Position numbers and translations under genes: made by a program. A model generated the notes under the pieces. The model ran no database searches, had not been told where the DNA came from, and saw only the letters and a list, made by a program, of their open reading frames with translations. Shown here piece by piece: positions 24,990 to 32,000 of a stretch of 32,000 nt of DNA. The stretch covers positions 1,230,001-1,262,000 of the forward strand of contig NC_009483.1 in NCBI RefSeq assembly GCF_000016745.1. Reading direction: 5' to 3'. Within the stretch, counting starts at the first letter, position 1. The number at the start of each line of letters is the position of its first letter. This DNA is from Geotalea uraniireducens Rf4. Lineage in GTDB: Bacteria > Desulfobacterota > Desulfuromonadia > Geobacterales > Geobacteraceae.

Positions 24990-25017
24990 TTGACCAAACA
25001 TCAAAAAGTTGTATATG
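24990..25017 (+). promoter_or_regulatory. tRNA/tuf operon promoter P2 candidate TTGACC-N16-TATATG
   Basis: TTGACC at 24990-24995 and TATATG at 25012-25017, 13 nt before the first tRNA. Confidence 0.45.
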
Positions 25018-25030
25018 TGAGAGTGTTAAT

Positions 25031-25106
25031 GCTGGCGTAGCTCAATTGGTAGAGCAGCTGACTTGTAATCAGCAGGTTGCGGGTTCGAGTCCCATCGCCA
25101 GCTCCA
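25031..25106 (+). tRNA. tRNA-Thr (anticodon TGT)
   Basis: Manual cloverleaf: acceptor GCTGGCG/CGCCAGC, D arm GCTC..GAGC, anticodon loop CTTGTAA, T loop TTCGAGT (one C-A mismatch in the T stem), encoded CCA. Confidence 0.88.
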
Positions 25107-25133
25107 CTACTTAAACTTGCTGGTTCTTCATCT

Positions 25134-25218
25134 GGAGGGATTCCCGAGCGGCCAAAGGGAACAGACTGTAAATCTGTCGTCGTAGACTTCGGAGGTTCGA
25201 ATCCTCCTCCCTCCACCA
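25134..25218 (+). tRNA. tRNA-Tyr (anticodon GTA), long variable arm
   Basis: Acceptor GGAGGGA/TCCCTCC, anticodon loop CTGTAAA, long variable arm, T loop TTCGAAT, encoded CCA. Confidence 0.9.
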
Positions 25219-25329
25219 TAAATACTACAGAAGAGATAAAGGCGTTGCATTATTTCAGGAGACAATGTGTCGTATGGACTGGAATGCAGCACACTTATCG
25301 ATTCAAAAAACTTCTGAATACAGGAATTG

Positions 25330-25406
25330 GCGGGAGTAGCTCAGTTGGCTAGAGCGTCAGCCTTCCAAGCTGAGGGTCGCGGGTTCGAGTCCCGTTTCCC
25401 GCTCCA
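25330..25406 (+). tRNA. tRNA-Gly (anticodon TCC)
   Basis: Acceptor GCGGGAG/TTCCCGC, anticodon stem TCAGC/GCTGA with loop CTTCCAA, T loop TTCGAGT, encoded CCA. Confidence 0.9.
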
Positions 25407-25419
25407 ATTTTCCTCACGT

Positions 25420-25495
<76 letters not shown>

Positions 25496-25556
25496 TTTAA
25501 TTTCAAGGTTTCATCGGGTCCATACAAATTACTTAATTTCAGAGGAGGGTTCCTAC

Positions 25557-26747
<1,191 letters not shown>

Positions 26748-26751
26748 ATCC

Positions 26752-26778
26752 GTAGGGGCGGCTTCAACCCGCCCCTAC
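26752..26778. repeat. GTAGGGGCGG-loop-CCGCCCCTAC REP hairpin downstream of tuf
   Basis: Perfect 10-bp arms. It shares the 15-nt string AATCCGTAGGGGCGG with 18967-18981. There is no T-tract, so it is not a classical terminator. Confidence 0.75.
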
Positions 26779-26804
26779 AGCTCCGTTAATAAAGGAAGAA
26801 CGCA

Positions 26805-26954
26805 ATGAGAGATATCATTACTCTTGCCTGCACCGAGTGCAAGCAAAGAAACTATACCACCACAAAAAACAAAAAGACGACCCCTGAAAAGCTGGAGTTC
26901 AAAAAATACTGCCGCTTCTGTCGTACGCATACTCCGCATAAGGAAACCAAGTAG
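26805..26954 (+). CDS. rpmG: 50S ribosomal protein L33
   Basis: Not in the ORF track (49 aa). My translation is [49 protein letters not shown] with two CxxC pairs. RBS AAGGAAG. The position between tuf and tRNA-Trp/secE is conserved. Confidence 0.9.
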   Translation: MRDIITLACTECKQRNYTTTKNKKTTPEKLEFKKYCRFCRTHTPHKETK

Positions 26955-26993
26955 GTTCAGATAGGGCCGCAGCTTTGCTATGGCTCTTTATGC

Positions 26994-27070
26994 AGGCCAG
27001 TAGCTCTAACGGCTAGAGCACCGGTCTCCAAAACCGGGTGTTGTGGGTTCGAATCCCTCCTGGCCTGCCA
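26994..27070 (+). tRNA. tRNA-Trp (anticodon CCA)
   Basis: Acceptor AGGCCAG/CTGGCCT, anticodon stem CCGGT/ACCGG with loop CTCCAAA, T loop TTCGAAT, encoded CCA. Confidence 0.9.
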
Positions 27071-27095
27071 TTTTTAAACTTAATCAAATTGTGGG

Positions 27096-27290
27096 GTGAC
27101 ACTAGTGCTGGCAAAAACCAAAAACTTTTTGGAAGAAGTGAAAGCCGAACTGGCAAAGGTTACCTGGCCTGCCCGCAAGGAAACCATTTCTACTGCATGG
27201 GTTGTGGTTGTGATTATTGTGTTGATCTCACTGTATCTTGGTGCTTGTGACGTAGTTTTGGCTAAGCTCATCAGGTTTATACTCCGTTAA
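27096..27290 (+). CDS. secE: preprotein translocase subunit SecE
   Basis: 64 aa. FLEEVKAELAKVTWPARKE followed by a single TM helix. GTG start. The position before nusG is conserved. Confidence 0.9.
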   Translation: MTLVLAKTKNFLEEVKAELAKVTWPARKETISTAWVVVVIIVLISLYLGACDVVLAKLIRFILR

Positions 27291-27300
27291 AGGATTTTCA

Positions 27301-27828
27301 ATGGCGCACAAATGGTACGGTGTACATACCTATTCAGGTTTTGAAAATAAAGTCAGACTCTCACTTTCGGAGCGGATAAAAAACCTGGGTCTTGAGGATA
27401 AGTTTGGCGAGATCCTGATCCCTTGTGAAACTGTAGTAGAGCTCAAAAAAGGTGAGAAGCGAACATCGTCTCGAAAATTCTTTCCCGGCTATATACTGGT
27501 CAATATGGAACTGGATGATGAGACGTGGCATGTCGTTAAGGAGACTTCGAAGGTAACAGGCTTTGTCGGTGGGAATAACCCCTTCGCCATTCCTGATGAT
27601 GAAGTGGCGAAGATTACCCGGCGCATGGAGGAAGGTGCTGAGAAGCCTCGGCCCAAGGTTCTCTTTGAAGTGGGTGAGACAGTCAGGGTTGTTGACGGGC
27701 CGTTTCTTAATTTTGCCGGTGTGGTAGAGGATGTAAAGCCGGACAAGGGTAAACTGAGGGTCATGGTGAGCATTTTTGGCCGGGCTACCCCCGTTGAACT
27801 GGAATTTATGCAGGTTGAGAAACAGTAG
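27301..27828 (+). CDS. nusG: transcription termination/antitermination factor NusG
   Basis: 175 aa. [18 protein letters not shown] domain and a KOW motif ([21 protein letters not shown]). Confidence 0.96.
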
Positions 27829-27902
27829 GGCAATATCGTCGAACTGTTCACAACCTGGATATATATAAAGCTTTTCAGGAACAGAATAAAAGGAGCATAG
27901 CA

Positions 27903-28325
27903 ATGGCCAAAAAAATTACAGGATATATCAAACTGCAGATACCAGCAGGAAAGGCAAATCCTTCTCCGCCGATCGGACCTGCGCTTGGTCAGCATGGCGT
28001 CAATATCATGGAGTTTTGCAAGGCATTTAATGCAAAGACCCAGGCAGAAGAGGGAACGATAACCCCCGTAGTAATAACAGTATTTGCGGACAGGTCGTTC
28101 AGCTTTATTACCAAGACTCCGCCTGCATCGGTACTCATAAAAAAAGCTCTCGGGATAGAGAGCGGCTCAAGTGTTCCCAACAAGAATAAGGTCGGCAAGC
28201 TGACCAAAGACCAGGTAAAGGAAATTGCAGCGAAAAAAATGCCTGATTTGAATGCTGCAAGCCTCGAAACCGCCATGAAAACCATTGAGGGAACTGCGCG
28301 CAGTATGGGCGTTGAGATTGTATAA
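27903..28325 (+). CDS. rplK: 50S ribosomal protein L11
   Basis: 140 aa. [35 protein letters not shown]. Confidence 0.97.
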
Positions 28326-28346
28326 GATAAAGAGAGGGTGAAAGAA

Positions 28347-29048
28347 ATGCCTACTAGTAAAAAGCTTAAAGAAGCTCTTGCCAAAGTGGACAGGAGTAAA
28401 AGCTATACCCTGAAAGATGGGATTGAGCTTGTTAAGAACACCGCCTTTGCCAAGTTCACCGAGACTGTTGACGTTGCCGTCAGGCTGGGCGTTGATCCGC
28501 GGCATGCAGACCAGATGGTACGTGGCGCCGTGGTGCTTCCTAATGGTTTGGGCAAGGACGTGAGAGTCCTGGTTTTTGCCAAGGGAGAAAAAGAGAAGGA
28601 AGCCCGTGATGCCGGTGCTGACTTTGTCGGGGCCGACGATCTAGTTGCCAAGATTCAGGAAGGTTGGTTTGACTTCGATACCGCAATTGCTACACCTGAC
28701 ATGATGGGCGTTGTCGGTAAGATTGGCAAGCTTCTCGGACCACGCGGCTTGATGCCTAACCCCAAAGTGGGAACCGTTACCTTCGATGTCGGCCGTGCAG
28801 TCAACGAGTCCAAATCCGGTAAGGTAGAGTTCAGGGTTGAAAAGGCGGGGATTATTCACGCTCCTGTCGGCAAAGTTTCTTTTGATGCGGACAAGCTTAA
28901 GGAAAACATCCTGGCTCTGGTGGATGCGCTGGTTAAATCTAAGCCTTCAGCAGCTAAAGGCACCTATATCAAGAAAATCAGTGTTTCTTCAACTATGGGA
29001 CCTGGTGTCAATCTTGATGTGTCTGACGTTTCTTCGCAGGTAGTCTAG
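28347..29048 (+). CDS. rplA: 50S ribosomal protein L1
   Basis: L1 pattern ([39 protein letters not shown]). ATG 28347 lies 8 nt after AGAGAGGG; GTG 28338 in the track is less likely. Confidence 0.95.
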   Translation: MPTSKKLKEALAKVDRSKSYTLKDGIELVKNTAFAKFTETVDVAVRLGVDPRHADQMVRGAVVLPNGLGKDVRVLVFAKGEKEKEARDAGADFVGADDLVAKIQEGWFDFDTAIATPDMMGVVGKIGKLLGPRGLMPNPKVGTVTFDVGRAVNESKSGKVEFRVEKAGIIHAPVGKVSFDADKLKENILALVDALVKSKPSAAKGTYIKKISVSSTMGPGVNLDVSDVSSQVV

Positions 29049-29241
29049 ATACATTTTTAATATTTAGAGCCAAAGTCAAAGACAGTAGGTGTTTGCTGGG
29101 TGATCCAGCGGACGTAAACAGTGCACCAATCAGGCTGGCCTACCGAGACTGGCGGTAGTTGAAGGAAATGCAAATGTTCCGGATACTTCCTGACTTTGGC
29201 GGGGTTAAATACCCGTAAACCAAAAGAAAGGAGGAAGGCGC
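29049..29241 (+). promoter_or_regulatory. rplJ (L10) leader, probable L10(L12)4 autoregulatory mRNA structure
   Basis: 193-nt untranslated spacer before rplJ. A long-range 10-bp helix GCCAAAGTCA (29069-29078) / TGACTTTGGC (29191-29200) encloses a structured domain. The position is analogous to the known ribosomal L10 leader. Confidence 0.6.
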
Positions 29242-29766
29242 TTGAATAAGGAAGGCAAACATCAACTTGTAGCCGAAGTGCATGATAAGCTGCAGCGTGC
29301 CAAGGCTGTATTTCTGGCTGACTTTCGCGGCATGAACGTAGGACAGGCCACAGATCTCAGGAATGAACTGCGTAAAGCTGACGTTGAGTACAAAGTCATC
29401 AAAAACACATTGCTTGAACTGGCGTCAAAAGGGACTGATAAAGAGGCGTTAAATCCCTACTTTGCCGGACCTACTGCTGTTGCGATCAGTTACGACGATC
29501 CCGTTGCTGCAGCGAAGGTATTGTCCCGTTTTGCCAAGGAACAGACTAATCCCTTTACCTTGAAAGCCGGCGTGCTGTCAGGCAAAGCGATCAGTCCGGC
29601 TGATATCCAGGCCCTGGCTGATTTACCGAGTCGCGAGGTATTAATTGCGAAAATGCTCGGTTCGATGCAGGCCCCGGCAACCAATTTTGTCGGCGTGCTG
29701 GCAGCCGTACCAGGAAGTTTTGTCCGTGCGCTTAACGCGATTCGGATTAAAAAAGAAGGCAACTAA
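29242..29766 (+). CDS. rplJ: 50S ribosomal protein L10
   Basis: 174 aa. TTG start 5 nt after AAAGGAGGAAGG. Typical L10 segments ([23 protein letters not shown]). Confidence 0.95.
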   Translation: MNKEGKHQLVAEVHDKLQRAKAVFLADFRGMNVGQATDLRNELRKADVEYKVIKNTLLELASKGTDKEALNPYFAGPTAVAISYDDPVAAAKVLSRFAKEQTNPFTLKAGVLSGKAISPADIQALADLPSREVLIAKMLGSMQAPATNFVGVLAAVPGSFVRALNAIRIKKEGN

Positions 29767-29816
29767 TAATTTAAAATATCAGGTTTGTTACGTAACTTTT
29801 AATGGAGGAATAAAAA

Positions 29817-30197
29817 ATGGCTGAAATTACCAAAGCTGATGTAATTACTTTTATCGAGAAGATGTCTGTTCTGGATCTTGCTGAAATGGTGAAGGAACTT
29901 GAAGAAAAGTTCGGTGTGTCCGCCGCTGCTCCGGTTGCTGTGGCTGCTGTTGCCGGCCCGGCTGTTGCCGAAGCTGCTGAAGAGCAGACTGAATTCGATG
30001 TCATTCTCAAAGCTGCTGGTGCAAATAAAATCGCAGTTATTAAGGTTGTGCGCGCACTTACCAGCCTTGGCCTTAAAGAGGCGAAAGACCTGGTAGACGG
30101 TGCACCTCAGCCGGTTAAATCCGGTGTTTCCAAGGAAGAAGCTGAAGAAGCGAAAAAACAGCTGGCCGAATCAGGTGCAGAAGTGGAAGTTAAATAA
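29817..30197 (+). CDS. rplL: 50S ribosomal protein L7/L12
   Basis: 126 aa. Ala-rich hinge ([21 protein letters not shown]) and C-terminal domain [23 protein letters not shown]. Confidence 0.97.
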   Translation: MAEITKADVITFIEKMSVLDLAEMVKELEEKFGVSAAAPVAVAAVAGPAVAEAAEEQTEFDVILKAAGANKIAVIKVVRALTSLGLKEAKDLVDGAPQPVKSGVSKEEAEEAKKQLAESGAEVEVK

Positions 30198-30222
30198 GTA
30201 TTGCAGAGCTGATTTTTGTTCT

Positions 30223-30260
30223 AGCCAAGGTCGCCTCGTGCGGCCTTGGCTGTTCTATTT
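30223..30260 (+). terminator. hairpin + T-rich tract between rplL and rpoB (attenuator/partial terminator)
   Basis: AGCCAAGGTCGC-CTCGT-GCGGCCTTGGCT (12-bp stem, one G:U) followed by GTTCTATTTTAGTTT. The position is analogous to the known rplL-rpoB attenuator. Confidence 0.65.
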
Positions 30261-30356
30261 TAGTTTAAAGGCCGCTTAAGCCAGCTGTCCTGCGCCAAGA
30301 GCAAGCAAGAATTCCACAGGGGTAAGGCCTTTAAGGCATTCACCAAAGGAGAAGAT

Positions 30357-32000
30357 ATGGCTTATTCAATTGCGAATAACCCACTGTTGCGCAAGAACTT
30401 CGCCAAAATCAAGAAGATTATTGAAATTCCAAACCTGATAGACATTCAGAAAAATTCCTATAAAAGATTCCTCCAGCTAGACGTTCCCGCAGAAGCAAGA
30501 AAATATTCCGGCCTTGAAGCCGTGTTCAAAAGCGTTTTTCCCATAAAGGATTTTAGCGAAACCGCTTCTCTCGAATATGTTTCGTATTCTCTAGGTATAC
30601 CCAAATATGACGTTGAAGAATGTCATCAGAGGGGTATGACATTTGCCGCGCCGATGAAGGTTAAGGTTCGGCTTGTCGTCTGGGACGTGAACAAGGAGCC
30701 CAGTACCCGCTCCATTCGTGACATTAAGGAGCAGGAAGTATATTTTGGCGAAATCCCGCTCATGACTGAGAACGGGACCTTTATCATCAACGGTACTGAA
30801 CGTGTTATTGTCAGTCAGTTGCATCGTTCACCGGGGGTATTTTACGATCACGATAAAGGTAAAACCCATTCCAGCGGCAAAGTGCTTTACTCCGCCAGAG
30901 TAATCCCTTATCGGGGCTCGTGGTTGGATTTTGAATTTGATCATAAAGATATTCTTTATGTGCGTATAGACCGGCGGCGCAAGATGCCCGCGACGGTGTT
31001 GCTGAAGGCACTCGGCTATTCAACGGATAAGCTGCTCAACTTTTTCTACAAGAGTGAGGAGATATTCTTCGAAGGCGACAAGTTGATGAAGATCGCCGAT
31101 CCGGAACTTCTGACAAACCAGAAGGCGGTCGTCGATATTGTCGATCCGAATACTGGCGAGGTTCTCGTCAAGGCCAATAGAAAATTCACCAAGGCAGCTA
31201 TCAGAAAGATGGCTGAGCATGGTATCAAATATATTCCTATTACCATTGAAGAAGTTCTGGGCAAGGTTGCTTCGCACGATATTGTAGACCCTGCAACCGG
31301 CGAGGTGCTTGCCGAATGTAATGAAGAACTCACTCAGGTAAAGATCGATGAAATTAAAGGGCGAGGCATCGCTACCTTTAAGGTGCTTTTTATCGACAAT
31401 CTGCACGTAACCTCTTCGCTGCGCGATACGATTCTTATTGATAAAATCGGTTCCACAGACGATGCTCTCATAGAAATTTATCGAAGGCTCCGCCCCGGCG
31501 ATCCGCCTACCCTGAAGAGTGCGCTGGCGTTGTTTGAAAATCTTTTCTTTAATCCCGAGCGATACGACCTGTCAGCAGTCGGCCGGCTCAAACTGAATTA
31601 CAAGCTTGGTTTGCAGATACCATTGGACTGCATGACCCTTACCAGGGAAGATGTCCTGGAAGTGGTCCGTTATCTGATCGATCTGAAAAACGGCAAGGGA
31701 AGCATCGACGACATCGACCATCTCGGCAATCGCCGTGTGCGGGCTGTCGGCGAACTGCTGGAGAACCAGTACCGTATCGGTCTGGTGCGGATGGAGCGGG
31801 CTATCAAGGAGAGGATGAGCTTGCAGGAGGTTGAAAACCTCATGCCGCACGATCTTATCAATTCCAAACCCGTCTCTGCGGTGGTGAAAGAGTTCTTCGG
31901 TTCTTCACAACTTTCACAGTTTATGGACCAGACTAACCCCCTGTCAGAGGTTACACACAAGCGCCGTCTTTCTGCACTGGGACCTGGCGGCTTGACACGT
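30357..32000 (+). CDS. rpoB: DNA-directed RNA polymerase subunit beta, N-terminal 548 codons (runs off the window)
   Basis: Not in the ORF track because there is no stop in the window. My translation from ATG 30357 is [40 protein letters not shown]..., later ...[23 protein letters not shown]... and ...[21 protein letters not shown]..., which are rpoB hallmarks. RBS AAAGGAGAAG. Confidence 0.96.

Noticed and set aside
25001-25352. ORFs 25001..25219 (-) and 25077..25352 (+) over the tRNA cluster, and a 24-codon ATG ORF in the Tyr-Gly spacer (about 25265-25339)
   Set aside because: They overlap well-folded tRNA genes. The small spacer ORF has its AGGAG only 2-3 nt from the ATG and runs into tRNA-Gly, so it is not credible as coding.
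27847-27875. Promoter-like TTCACA ... TATATATAAA upstream of rplK
   Set aside because: The spacing between the -35-like and -10-like hexamers is far from 16-18 nt in every register I tried, so it is not reported as a feature.

Overview
This window is mostly core genome. It looks like a Geobacter/Geotalea-type Desulfuromonadales chromosome, an inference from the EF-Tu and ribosomal-protein sequences, gene order and mid-50s %GC that cannot be verified here.

Gene content, left to right:
- the 3-prime end of an unknown ORF
- a GT2 (HpnI/ceramide-glucosyltransferase-like) glycosyltransferase
- a stand-alone EF-G paralog
- a GapN-like aldehyde dehydrogenase
- a visibly lower-GC, repeat-ridden accessory stretch (about 6.2-10.2 kb) holding an orphan 116-aa ORF, a TFIIB-type zinc-ribbon protein, a DUF3108 protein and an ATPase-less MshEN+GAF-like putative cyclic-dinucleotide receptor
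- an MBL-fold hydrolase
- an mlaE-mlaF-mlaD-TolC-like-mlaC operon
- msrA, leuB, two asd genes of different types in tandem, truA, rplM-rpsI, argC and ygiQ
- the classical tRNA(Thr-Tyr-Gly-Thr)-tuf-rpmG-tRNA(Trp)-secE-nusG-rplKAJL-rpoB block, with rpoB running off the right edge

I saw no CRISPR array, rRNA, transposase, integrase or recognisable phage-defence genes.

The unusual signals are mainly non-coding:
- a 10-bp-phased ACGGAT hexamer array upstream of the EF-G paralog
- a about 216-bp nested-palindrome MITE-like element with a 12-bp direct-repeat flank
- two about 94%-identical copies of a about 163-bp MITE whose ends sit on the stop codons of two genes
- a G6/C6 hairpin element
- a GTAGGGGC...GCCCCTAC REP family at gene 3-prime ends
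- structured repeats inserted inside the mla operon

The best candidates for an undescribed system:
- the MshEN-GAF/DUF3108 pair
- the Mla operon with an embedded TolC-family outer-membrane protein
- the promoter-to-terminator orf116/zinc-ribbon cassette

None of these can be proven from sequence alone. Hand-called coordinates (RNAs, repeats, promoters, terminators) may be off by 1-2 nt.
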